Shown: piece by piece, positions 39,301-52,528 of the stretch
Layout: the number at the start of each line of letters is the position of its first letter
How positions within the stretch are numbered: the first letter of the stretch is position 1
Assembly: GCF_964204645.1 (NCBI RefSeq)
Contig: NC_134030.1
Location: 15,934,110-15,998,109, forward strand
Source: Tubulanus polymorphus
Lineage: Eukaryota; Animalia; Nemertea
Length of the DNA: 64,000 nt
Direction: 5' to 3'
Position numbers and translations under genes: made by a program
Notes under the pieces: model-generated
What the model was told of the DNA's origin: nothing
What the model saw: the letters and a program-made list of their open reading frames with translations, nothing else
Databases searched by the model: none

Positions 39301-42300
39301 TATCTAACGAAAAAAGAGCCCTCAACAAATCGTCCATAAAGAAATCGTTCAAAATCGCGTCTACGGACACTGACGAATACAATGCACAATTATCAATAGC
39401 AGAACGCTTAAGGCAATAATTCGCGACGCACGCGGAGTCTGCCGCTCCAAAAATGTGGACTAACATTTTGTATTCGCTAGGATCCCCTCCCTGAGTCATA
39501 TCCTCTTTCCACAAGAATCTTAAGGCATCCGTATCGCTCTCAGTGACTCTGACTTGATGATACATAGCCCCGACATCAGCTACCAAAGCAATAGGGCCGA
39601 ACCTGAACCTTTGAAGGACGCCAACCATATTATTTAATAAGTCAGGTCCCGTCAGTAGCTGATTATTGAGTAATACCCCCCGGTAGGTGGCTGCCGCATC
39701 AAAGATGACCCTCGTTTTACCCGGCTTATTTTGATTTCTAACAGCATGATGGGGTAAATACCATATTCTACCGCAACTTTCACATTCCCCGTCATTAATC
39801 TTTCTCGCAAATCCCTTTTCAATATAACCGTTCAAGGTTTTACTGTAATCGAAACACAATTTCGAGTCTGCAAGTAAACGACGCTCTAAGTTTCTGAAAC
39901 GTTTCAAAGCTAAGAAACGATTATCAGGCATGGATGAATTTCTATCTTTCCATAACATCCCAACCTGATAATGACTATCAATCAAACAACATGTTTCTTC
40001 TAAAATTTGCAAGGCCTTACTGTCATCAGAAGATAAGACAGGTTTTTCTGACTTCATCGACTCAACCGTCCAAAACTGTTCGACCTGTTGGTGTAATAAA
40101 TCATCACTAGAGATACTACTAGTGCACGAATTTACGGACACTGAATACGTCGCAGGATCTGCTATAGAAGGACCCATAACACACCATCCCAGAGGAGTGT
40201 TAATGCCGATCGGCTCAAAATCGTTATCACCCTCTCTAATTTCAAGTTGCAAATGCACTTTAGGGACATCGGCACCAATAAGGATCTTGATTTGATCTGA
40301 GAAAACACAAGGAATATTCAAATCCCGAAGATGTCCCATCTGATTAATAGATGCGGGTTGAGCAGGACATTTGAATGCATCAGATCTAGTCCACGCTCGG
40401 GAAATACGGACAGGCTTAGCATCCACTTCTATCCCACGTATACTCAATGACACAATTTCTGACTGAACGGTACTGCTGTAGTTTAGCGTATTCATAGTTA
40501 GAGTTTGCGGTTTTCCTTTTAAACCAAGCTCCCAAGCTAGGTCTGAATTTATGATGCTTATCTCACTCGCCGAATCGAGCAACGCAAATGTTGAAACCCG
40601 GCGACCGTTTATCCCCATGGCAAATACGGGCAATATTTGAAAGTATACTTGCTTACCTACAGAGCTCGTATTAGTTGTATTGATACTGTTACTAACTTCA
40701 GGACCTGTTTCAACTGAGTTTATCGCCGAACTAGCTACTGGTAAATTTCTGCTTGATGGCGCTTTATGAATACTAGTGTGATGACGTCAACCGCACCCTT
40801 GTTCACGACACCTGCCACTCGACGGACATCTCGAAACTCGGTGTCCTGTATACAAACAATTAAAGCATAATTTGTTATCTCTAATCACAAAAAATTGGTC
40901 ATCGATCGACTTAGCCAGGAACATTTTGCATTTAGCTATATGATGCACTTCTTTGCACAAGGGACACTGAGTGTTTAACAAATTATTAGAAAATGCAGTA
41001 TTAAGGGTCGCATGCCTAGCAGAAGCATTTTGCGTCTCAGGCTTATATGGCAATCTTACGTGAGAACTTTTATCTACTATGGCGTAAGGCCCGCATTGGG
41101 CATCGATACGCCGCTTTAACCAATCTTTCAGATCAATCAAATTAGGCTCTCTAGTCAGAGCCACATTACATACAAACTCGTTCCATTAAGCTCTTTTGTC
41201 CAAAGGTAAACGACGAGCAGATTTCTGAAAAACGTCGTTACTATATAATTCAGAGGAGTAACCAAACTGGTTCAAAGTAGTGATACAATCCCTTACATTG
41301 ACGTAAAATTCTCTGAGAGCAATTGGGTTATTGGATAAAATGATATTACCATTGGTGACTTGATTAATAAAAGCTCTGGTTATTAAAACCTTATGACCAA
41401 AAACACTTTTCAATTCTTTCAAGGCTTGCGCGTAATTCCGGCCAGTGTAGCCGAGACCTTGGATTAACTTCCTCGCATCTCCACGGACGTGCGACTGCAA
41501 CAAATCCATGCGCCTCGAATCACAGATTCCAGCCCTGTTGTGAATCTGAACGTAGAACTGCTCGATAAACCGTGGCCACAGAATCACGGATCCGTCAAAC
41601 ACCGGCAACTCAATACACGGTAAATCGCGACTTAATAATACGGTGTTCAACGTGTCAGACTGGTCGGTGATGACGACTGTCTCTTCTCCGATCACTAACG
41701 CGTCGATCCAGGCGTCCAATTGACTACACTTTTCAGGAATCTTTGGGAGGAATGGCTTCGCTTCCGGGTTAAGGTGAGCTTGGTCCTCAACCCATGAGCG
41801 AACGCACTCTGAACCGCCTTCCCCGAACTGTGTAAGTAAATTTGCCAGCAACTGCGCAGTCCCAAGGTTTTCGCGCGCGTCGGCAGTCTCCAACTCGTGC
41901 TGGCACCGTTCGATCTCTCGCGTCAACTTAGCCCGACGCTGGGTTTGACTCAAAGTCAACTTGGCTAACTCGACGTCCAATAGTGCTCCCTTCGAAGCCA
42001 CATCTGACAGCACGGATGGTCGTTGGGAGCGTTTACCGGCTGAACCTGCAACGGAACCGGCTATACTTCGCGCCTTCAATTCGTGAATCTTAGACTCGAG
42101 CTTCTCGATCATGACCATCGTGGATGCATGATATTCTTCAAACCAGGATTCTTCGGATAGTATAACTGACTCACCGGAGAGTAAAGACACATACGTGCTG
42201 TGAGAACGACCTAAATTCTCAAGCGCATTCAATAAACGATCACGCTCACAGGACAAGACGGTAGATGATTTCGCAGTCCCGAGTAACGCTTCACACGAAT

Positions 42301-42798
42301 TAATATTCTTCGTGAGCCATCCAGCATAAGCCCTCCGACTAGCTTTCAAATCCGCAATGCTCGAGGTAGGCGCTGGAGCCTTCTCATCTAGGCCCTCCAT
42401 GACGGACGAACGAAGTTTTAACTCTTTCTATGTCAGGGACAGAGCCCTCGCGATAACATAGAAGTAACTGCGAAACGGTTTTAACAGGAATACTTTATTG
42501 AACTTCCGTTAACTGAAAATGCAAATTACATATCAGACAAACAACAAACAGATGACGTCTAATTATTCAAATATTAATCTATGTATTACATTACTTACAA
42601 CTTCGTTTGCGAACTATGCATCGAGATCCGTCCGTCAAGTAGGCTGGTGGCGTATTGCGACGAGAACAAGGTATGCGAACGAGTTTATAGCAGGAAATTC
42701 GTAGCGTAAAAAGGGGATTACAGCACAGTACACTATGACAACAATAGAGCTACGAGCTAAACCCTTAGTTGACAGATTTGATCAAACGGTTTGTGACA
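36347..42798 (-). mobile_element. BEL/Pao LTR retrotransposon 2, full length
   Basis: 368-bp LTRs at 36347-36714 and 42431-42798 (2 differences seen); 5-bp TSD GTTTT; PPT AGGGGGCGCCA. Confidence 0.97.
36724..42400 (-). pseudogene. BEL/Pao gag-pol (Gag, zinc knuckles, protease, RT, RNase H, integrase)
   Basis: LLDSAS, FFMDD, IFCDASE, GVDFFGP; stops at 41186 and 40787 and a frameshift near 38600. Confidence 0.95.
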
Positions 42799-43426
42799 GT
42801 TTTCTTCTGGTTTCAACAGATTCTTTTTCTGATGGGATAAAGTAACAGCTAATTTGTAAATACACCGGTAAACTAAACATTTATTTTGAATATACCCATT
42901 GGGTGACAACAGAACAATGTGACAATATTGAACACCCCTTGTCAATTAATATTGAAACTATTGATATAGAAACTTGGCACAATCTTTGAACGTGCCATGG
43001 CTACGACTTTTTCCATGACAAAATACACACAGGTGCCAATATAAATGGAAAAGAATGTTATTTAACCATCCCTTGCTGAAGTTACATGGATAAAACCAGT
43101 GACTACGCTAGTCCTGCTTTATGGCATCGGTAATCGCAATTCATTTGAGATAATAATTCATTAGATGAGATTAAAAAAACTCTTTTACAGTAGACTCCGC
43201 TCAACTCGAATTCATTGGGACCAGAAAAAAATCAACGAGTTAAGCGGGATTCGAGTTGGGATCTATACGAAATTGGCCTAAACTGATTATGAAATTAAAT
43301 CTTAAATATAGCTGCAAAGCGGGTTTTCTGTACAGTCTTGTTCGTATTCTAATCTTGTTGGTCTTGTCTGGATACTGCGTCGACCACGATCGTGTGTATC
43401 ATGCAGACGCAGCCCCACCATGCTAT

Positions 43427-43800
43427 TGAAAATGAAGGGAATTTAAAATCCTGTTCATCGGTCAACACGGTTTTATAAATGGAAGCTGGTCTACAAACTG
43501 TCAATTAGGTCTCCTTTGAAACCATGGATGACTAGACCATATGGTTATTTGACTCTGGAAAATCGATTGTTAGGCCTCACTTAGTCTATATGGATTTCGA
43601 AAAAGCATTTGATAAGGTAAAACATCAGCGATTACTAAACAAGCTATTTGGAAACGGTATCAATGATGGGTAGCTTTAATGGCTCAGCAGATTTCTCTGC
43701 ACGAAAACAGGTGGAACTATCTAATCTTGGAAATAAGTAGCTTTAACTAGTGGAGTCACTCAAGGTAGTATCCTGAGTCGTCTTCTCTTCACTGTGCAGA
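43427..43800 (+). repeat. Decayed CR1/L2-type RT fragment (repeat copy A)
   Basis: Encodes VYMDFEKAFDKVKH..LL.KL and SGVTQGSIL; second copy at 56148-56520. Confidence 0.7.
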
Positions 43801-45681
43801 TAAGTGAGTAATCGAAAATGTACAGGATACATTCGTGTGGATGAAATCAAGATAACTCCACCCTAAAATTCCACTATTCAATGGTCAACACGCAGCTTAA
43901 ACAAACCGCCATTCAATACGCAAGTCATAATGTATATCTACGCACATCAAATCAAAACACTTGAATTACAAGGGTTGACTCACGAGAAACGATTAAACTA
44001 GCAATTTGATTGGGAAAATAACGGCACTTTAGTTAAAAAAAATGATAAACCACCTCTGACTTAGCTTAGCCCTCATATGGAACTATTTCTGACAGGTGCA
44101 CTCTGCCACTGTGATTCGCCCATTCAACGATAGAAACTTTTCCACGGTCTTACTATCGACATTTTCTAACAATTTAGGGAAATATCTAAAAAAAGAAATT
44201 TCACACTCTGCATTAATAAGATTAAAGGTCAAGTGCCCTCTTATTCCTACTTTTTGAGGTTTACTTTCCAAATGATACTTAAGTACTCAAATAATGACCT
44301 GGGATCAGCCTTATAGAAAAAAATCATGTATGTCCCTTAAATCAGTAAAATTTAATAACTCGATCATTGACCTATACAGCGTATGCGCCTTGGCCGCAGC
44401 TGCATGTCAGCGCCATATTCATGCGTCATCTTTGCCAAACAAACATACACGTGAGTAATAGGGTAAGTGTCTTTTCATACCAGAGGTCGAAAGGTCCAAC
44501 TTATACCACATCCTGTTGTTGCACAATAAACAGCAAAATTTAATTGATTCTGCCAATATTTTATATTAGATTTTATTTTATATATATTATATTCATCTCG
44601 AGTAAAAGTAACTTCATATGATGTAAATATATTTTCCATATTAGAAATAAAATAATTAGTTTCAGCTACATAAATTTCTAAATTAATTAATGAATTTAAA
44701 ACTAAATTTTCATACGAAATATTTTTATTTAAATCTATTGCAGGAATATTATATTTAATGGATTTATTATATCGGAAAGCTTTTGGAAACCCCATTTACA
44801 TAAGAAAATTAATAATTAATTAATTCTTTTAATAATTTATCTTGTTCTTCAATTGTTATGTTACCATTTAAACTAATAATATAATCTAATGTATTTTTCA
44901 ATATATTAATTTCTTTTATATTAGATTTTATTTTTTCTTTATTACTTTTTATATTTAATTTACAGCTTATATACCAGTTAAAACACTCGATGATAATCCT
45001 AGCACACCAATTGATATAGCTAAAGGTGTTAATGGTGAGAATATTGCTAGAAATGTTATTTCAGAACTAATTGTAGCTGAACCACTTATAATAAAATAAT
45101 ATATAATTTTGCTTTTTAAATATTTTTTCCTTTAAACTTTTAAATCATCAAATTCTAATATTTGTTTTTCCAAGTATAATTGTAATTTACTTTTATTTGT
45201 ATCATGAGGAATAATATCATTATTATCAACTTTATCATCCATTTATTAAAAAATTACTAATTTGTAAATTTATATGCAACAAATAAAACAATAACAGTTC
45301 CACTTAAAATCCATATTATTTCATATTTCTTCTGTTTATTACTTGGGGTATAATAATCTGACATTGTAGGTTTGTATAGATGTAATTTTTTCTTTATTTG
45401 TTACTGCGTTATATAAACTCATAGCCTCATCGATTGATCGAAAATCTCGGTGTGAAATTTTCTGATTATATAATTCTTTATTAATATAATCCATAAAATT
45501 TTGTCTATTTTCTCTATATTCTTCTGCAGCTTTATTATATTTTTCTAACGCTAAGTTATATCTTATTTGTTCTGATAATGAACCATTTTTATCAATATGC
45601 TCTAATAAATAACCACCACCTGTAAATGCTAAAGCGTTAACAATTGCCGATCCTATAATAGTTATTATTTAGTAAAAAAAA

Positions 45682-45909
45682 TTATGCATTTATAGGAGGG
45701 ATATATTTTTGTTTTTCTAAATAATCAATAGTTAAATTAGATAAAGTAACTGCTAATGTTAATTTTGAAATATCATTTATACCAAATCTATCAACATTAA
45801 TACTTCCCATTTTAAATACTTTTTTAAATATCATTGTATAACCAACTGTTCCCATTGATAGTAATGCTCCATTATATAATCCAGTTATTATCCACTTATA
45901 ATCACTCAT
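45682..45909 (-). CDS. Small membrane protein, homolog of 23992-24213
   Basis: Intact 75-aa ORF, closely similar sequence. Confidence 0.75.
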   Translation of the reverse strand: MSDYKWIITGLYNGALLSMGTVGYTMIFKKVFKMGSINVDRFGINDISKLTLAVTLSNLTIDYLEKQKYIPPINA

Positions 45910-46280
45910 TTATTTATCAAAAAAATCACCTTCAAAATATCTAGTTATCTTCGTTATAATTATTTCAACATTCATAATATCATTAGTTTCATTTTTATAT
46001 ATTTCAGTTATTATTCTTTTAATATCATCGATAATAAAATCTTCATCTTATTCATAAAATCTTAAAGAATTTCTAATTAAATCAGTAATCTTTTCTACAT
46101 TATAAGTTTCTTTATCTGTTATTTTTTCATAATCAAATGTTGTTCCATTAAAAAATGCAATATTTTAAATATGTGTAATTACATTATTAATATCAAATTT
46201 CATTTCTTACTCACATTTAAAATCAAATCCAAAACATATACTCGGTCCTACTGTTATATTCATATTCATATAACAAAAAA

Positions 46281-46904
46281 TTACTCTATACATCTTATAA
46301 CTAATTCATAAATTACAGGAAAGTTATCTTAATCAATTAAATATCCATTATGATTTCTTATTTCTAATTTAAAATGATTAAATTGTGGAATACAAGGTTG
46401 AAAATCACATTCAGCTAAATTATGATTTAGTTTAAAGTTTAGTAACAGTTTAGCTATAGGTTTTTTAACTAAAAATTGATGTTGTTCGTCATTGTCTAAC
46501 CTAATCTTTATTTTATTATTAATATCACTTTTATTAAATCTAATTCCAAACTTATCTTCACTCTTGAATTTTATAAATCTAATTGCAAATTTATGTTCAC
46601 TTCTAATTTTTAACCGTGCTCTTCTTTTAATTTCTTGAGCTAATGTTTCCAAATTATATAATCCTGGTTTTAAAAGTAAAGTAAACCATTTACTTATAAT
46701 TCTAATATGATTCATAAAAGAATTATATTCTAGAGTTTTATCCGATAAATTACAAATCGAATTACTTAAACTTATATTTACAAATTTTAAATCTACAAAA
46801 TTTCTAAATTCTCTATCTAATTGTACTAGTAAATTGTGAGATTTATAATTTGTAAGCTTTCTAGAGTCAACAAATATTCTATATTCTTTTAATTTATCTT
46901 GCAT
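46281..46904 (-). pseudogene. Penton homolog, internally deleted
   Basis: IFVDSRKL, PGLYNL and LEIRNHNGYLID, followed by a premature stop. Confidence 0.75.
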
Positions 46905-47740
46905 TTATTTTACATATTTTTTTATTCGAAATCTATATCATGACATCCTTTTTCATTCCTACCTTTGTATATGAAATAGAAATCACCAGAACACACTTCT
47001 TCTAGATCTTCACTAGATAATCTATGAAATCTATGTGGTAAATATGTTCTGAATTTATATTCATTTCCTTTTAATATTCTAAGTGAATAACTAATTTATT
47101 ACCATATCTATTAGTAATTGTTTCAATATTTGTAATTAAATATTTCTTATGTAATGTTAATTCTGTTAACTTTTTGAATTTATAATCTACAGATTTGACA
47201 TTTGTAGTATCTTTAATTCTATTCTATTCTATTTAAGTCACTGTGTATTTGTTTACTCTCCATTTATTATACATATTTTTTTATAAAAATTTCATTTATA
47301 TAATATTCATTTATATAATGTTCATACATATGAATATCATTAGAGTAAAAGGGTTAGTGTTGTTTCATATCAGAGGTTGAAAGGTTGAGTGAGTGAAAAA
47401 TAAAATGAAATTCGAGCGTGTGAGAATTTATTTTTTATTCTTTATGAGCTCGACCTTTCGACCTCTGGTATGAAAAGACACTTACCCTATTACTCATGTG
47501 TGTGAACTCAGTACACATTGCCTATATGTAAAATCAATAAAACAACACCATTCCTTCACTTTATTCACAGCTCTACTGCTGGCTATCCATTGTATGTTTC
47601 TTGTGTTATCTATTACAGTATCAACAGTATCATCAGAAAGAATTTAGGAATCTTAAACAACTTCTAAAAGGATTAAATACGCTACGAATGGTGATTATGC
47701 GGTGCAGGATTAGAGACTGGAAACTGTTGGATTATTTCAG

Positions 47741-48619
47741 ATGCACAGTGCTTATTTCATCACGGATTGTTACATCACTTACAACGTGGGAGTATTTTGT
47801 GGATCTGAGGAACAATACAACATTCTAAAAAACCACAGGATTATGTTTAGAGGAGCGACTATACAGTTTCGATCGGCTTTGGAGACTCCTACCATCGTCA
47901 GGATCGAAGGTATACCTGCGATCTGCCCTCACGAAGCGGTAGACAAAATGATTCGACCATACGGAAACATCCTTACGGGATCCTATCACCCGACGATAGG
48001 AAAAACAACATTTCAGAACGGTGAGAAACGTGTACTGGAGGTAGCTATTACATCACCTATCCCACGGAATATAACTCTTGATTCGAAACGTTATGGATTA
48101 CTTCTTGTAAGGGTCTATTACAACGGTCAGCCTGAACATTGCGTGATATGTGGACAATTTAATCACACCTGGGATGAGTGCAACATTGCATGTACTCATC
48201 CAACCCATACACCCGATCGATGCCGTCAAATCCATTTCCGACAGACCGTTTCTTTAACATTGATGAAAAAAGGAAACCCAACACCGGCTGAAGCATCTGA
48301 GAACAAAGATGAGGTGGCGACAGAAATGGCCGTTGTCACAGATGAGTCGAGAAAGAGGCCATCATCTCAAACTGAACTTTCTCAAACGCAGAAGAAGTCG
48401 CACAAGTCAAAGGCGCCTTCGGAAGACGAGAAGTCCCCGATAATCGACCAGAAGCCAGCCCAAACTGGAGACGAAGAATCGGACGATGCGAGAGAAACTG
48501 CTGCAAAGCCAACAAATTCAAGCACTGCACCACCCGCACCAGTCCGACCACAGAAAAAGAGTCAACCAAAGAGTCAACCAAAAAGTCAACCAAAACCAAA
48601 GACTAAAAGATCAAATTAA
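47741..48619 (+). CDS. LINE ORF1 (zinc-knuckle nucleic acid-binding protein)
   Basis: VYYNGQPEHCVICGQFNHTWDEC; basic disordered tail. Confidence 0.8.
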   Translation: MHSAYFITDCYITYNVGVFCGSEEQYNILKNHRIMFRGATIQFRSALETPTIVRIEGIPAICPHEAVDKMIRPYGNILTGSYHPTIGKTTFQNGEKRVLEVAITSPIPRNITLDSKRYGLLLVRVYYNGQPEHCVICGQFNHTWDECNIACTHPTHTPDRCRQIHFRQTVSLTLMKKGNPTPAEASENKDEVATEMAVVTDESRKRPSSQTELSQTQKKSHKSKAPSEDEKSPIIDQKPAQTGDEESDDARETAAKPTNSSTAPPAPVRPQKKSQPKSQPKSQPKPKTKRSN

Positions 48620-48667
48620 GGTAATGTAGAATTTTCACTAATTATGTAGGTAAAAAAAAGACATACA

Positions 48668-51600
48668 ATGGCGGATACTTTAGAATGTATTAGATTACTA
48701 TCACTTAATTGCAACGGCTTAGTTTACTCGAATGCTCGAATTGTTGGCATTTTTGAAAGACTTAAAAACTATGATATATTTTTACTTCAAGAAACTCACA
48801 TATCGAATGATTATGAAATTCAAAAAATATTTAGGCCCTTGAGGAAAGATTTTGAGATTATATCTAATATTATAAACGAAAGGAAATGAGGAGTAACCAT
48901 ATGTATTCGAAAATCTTTAGAATATACGATTTTAGATAAAACTATAGACAGACAAGGGAGATTGATATCCTTGAAAATATCCTTGTTCAGCCAAATTTAC
49001 AATATCGTTAACGTATATGCCCCAAATAAGGAACGTGATAGGAAAATTTTCCTTAGCAATATCAGTAATTATCTTAATCTCAACCCTAATGAGCTTACAA
49101 TAATAGCAGGGGACTTTAATTGTATAGAAAGTCCCATAGATCGTGATTCAACATCCATCAATTCTTCAATACGAAGTGGCTCCGAACAATTAGCCAATTT
49201 ATGTCAACAAAACAGATTAGCAGACGCTTACAGACTTAAAAACCCAAACACAACAGCTTTCTCTAGAGTAGCAAAACGCAATAACAATGTCATTAAAACA
49301 AGAATAGATCGATTCTATGTGTCAGACACTTTACAATCAGACATAGAACAGGTGAAACACGTCTATTCATTCCGATCACAAGATCAGCGAATTGACAATA
49401 AACACTTCTCAAGTCAAATGGCAAGGGATACTGGCATCTCAACAAAGAACTACTTAAAAACCCTAATTACATCAATAAGATAACAGATTTTTGGGCACAG
49501 TGGCAAAATCACAAACAGTTTTATGACTCAATTATTGAATGGTGGGAAGAGAGCAAAACTCAGATAAAACAAAGATCTATAAAATTTGCATCGGAACTCC
49601 GGAGAATTAAATACAATCTTAAGGAATCATTAGAATCTGAATTATTCATTCTCGAAAAACTTTCTGATATAGGAGTAAATACTAACCACAATCAAATTGA
49701 ATATCTCACCAAGCGTATTCGTGATTTCGAAATTGAAAAAGCAAAAAGTGCTATGATTAGATCTAAGATTGAGTGGAGAGAATTCGGAGAGAAAACAAGT
49801 ACTTTCTTTGCGAATTATGAAAAACAACGCGCTAAAAAGAATCACATCATGACTCTCAAAAATAATCTAGGTGAAATTAAAACCGGACAAAAAGACATTG
49901 AAAAAATTCAACTCAAATTCTATAAAGACTTATATAGAAAAGAAGAAACGGATTTAGAAACCCAAAATATATTCCTGACTAATTTACCTCAAATCTCCAA
50001 TCAAAAGAAACTTCAGCATGACTCCGAAATAGATATGGACGAATTAACAAATTCAGTAAAATCTTTTCAAAATAATAAGTCCCCTGGTATAGACGGACTA
50101 CCTATTGAATTTTATAGAATATTTTGGCATACTCTCCGAAATGACTTCCTACAATTAATACATGCGTGTATACAAGAAAATAGACTTTCTAAATCAATGC
50201 AAACTGGTATTATATCATAAATTCATAAGAAAAATGACAAAACAGACTTGAAAAATTGGAGACCAATCTCGTTACTATGTACAGATTACAAAATATTCAC
50301 GAAAGTTCTTGCTAACAGATTAATTAACGGCCTAACAGACATAATACACCCAGATCAGACATGTAGTGTAAAGGGACCTCGAATCCAAGACAATGGCCAT
50401 ATAATTAGAGACTTAATTGATTACGTAACGGCCTAACAGACATAATACACCCAGATCAGACATGTAGTGTAAAGGGACCTCGAATCCAAGACAATGGCCA
50501 TATAATTAGAGACTTAATTGATTACGTAACAATCGGTCAAATGAAAGCTTTCGATCGCGTTGACTGGCAATATATGTTCAAAACTTTAGAATCTTTCAGT
50601 TTTTGAGAAAATCTAATTCGATACATCAAAACTTGCTATTCAAATCCAAAATCTAGAATCAAAAGTAACGGCTTCTTAACTAAACCCTTCACTTTAGAAA
50701 GAGGCGTAAGACAGGGGTGTCCCATGAGTGCAATACTCTACATAATAGCAGCGGAACCATTAGCAATTAAAATACGCGAAAATAACAACATTAAAGGAGT
50801 GAAATTACGAGACGACACAGAAATTAAAATCAAACGATACGCAGATGACACTACACTATGTCTAACCGACTTAGAATCATTGAATCAAGCCTTTACAACT
50901 TTATTTGAACGAGCATCGGGTGCAAAAATTAATAAAGACAAAACTGAGTGTATGTGGTTAGGATCTTGGAAAACTAGAAACGATAAACCTTTAGACTTAA
51001 ATTGGAAGAAATCCATGAAGATTTATGGAATTCATTTCGGAAATGAGAATGGTGATGATTTAAAACTGGTATCCGATAAATAAAATTCAAAATGTCATAA
51101 ATCTTTGGCGCCAAATTAAATTATCTTTACACGGCAAAAAGGTCGTCATAAACTCTTTCATTTTACCTATGTTATGGTACACTTCCGAAATTTTTCCAAT
51201 CCCAGATAAATATATCAAAATCTTTGAACCAAAAATCATCAATTTCCTATGGGACAATGGAAAACGCCTTGTCGGTAGGGACATAATACACAAAAAAATC
51301 GAACACGGAGGCCTCGACATACACAGCGTCAAATACAGACAGCAAACACAGGCAATTAAGACGATAATTAACCATGTTCTAAAACCTACTCACTGGAAAC
51401 CACTAATCAACTACAACCTGCAAAAATATCTAGGCCCAGGCTGGAATATTTCAAACATGATTCACAATGAAATACCAAAAAAAAGTCATTACAAATAACT
51501 ACTACAGACATCTATTTAAATCATGGACAGTTTTTCAAAAACATCTAGTTCCAACTGAGACCATTACCAAAATTCTGCAAAAACCTATTTTTGGCAACCC

Positions 51601-52528
51601 AAAAATTAAACTCAACAGGAAAATTAATTTCACAGAATACATACATCACGGTATAACCAATGTACGACATCTATTCGATAATCGTGGCAACTACAAAGCA
51701 TTTAACGAAACACCATTAACAAATAGATTAAAACACACATGTATATACAATGCGATTCCGCAACATTGGAAACTAATTCTATCTGACCAAAATTTAGATC
51801 CTGGTGAATTACCAAAAATCTATGTGCAATTTGATAATATAGACTGTACTATAGGAAAACTTTCATCATCCCAAATTTATAGAATACTATTATTAAAAAA
51901 TCTCCATCAAATCACATCGATTGGGCAAACCAAAATTACTGAACTTTTAAATACTGATCTGAATTGGCCGGAAATTTGGAATGAAGTTTATAATAAACAT
52001 ATCGATAGATTAAGTGATATTCATTGGAAATTACTACATAATACTCTTGCAACAGCTTCAAAATTAGTACTTTGGAAAATTAAAACTGATCCAAATTGTA
52101 AAATTTGTGGATGCGCGGCAACGAATGACCATGTAGTATATTCATGCACAGAAGCACAGCAATTATATTCACGTATACAACCAATCTTTCAACGCATAAT
52201 AAACGCACCTATAAACATCACTCAAGACATCGTCTACACAGGAATTACTAAAACAATAGAAAGAGACTTCTTCAAACGCACACTCTATCTTTTGTTTCTC
52301 GCACAATCCATTTTGTACAAAAATCATTACAATCTAGAACAAGGCTCTGGCCGCATCAACACTATAATTTATTTCAAAAACTCACTAATAGATCGCCTAA
52401 ACCAAGAAATCATGCTTCAACAAAACCTTCATATTTGGAGTCTTAACAATATACTTATACATCTGGACGCAAGCGGACTGAATGCAGTAAACAGAATCAC
52501 AATCGATACCATTAGCGTAGTCTATTAA
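48668..52528 (+). pseudogene. LINE ORF2 (endonuclease-RT)
   Basis: Motifs as above; multiple stops; 101-bp tandem duplication at 50325-50530. Confidence 0.92.

Larger units (their letters stand above)
44454..47494 (-). mobile_element. 3,041-bp deletion derivative of a sister Polinton-like virus family
   Basis: AGTAATAGGG...CCCTATTACT ends; TSD CACGTG/CATGTG (one transition); 43-bp left TIR; right hairpin at 47344-47494; seven genes syntenic with 22760-25704; no PolB or MCP. Confidence 0.92.
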
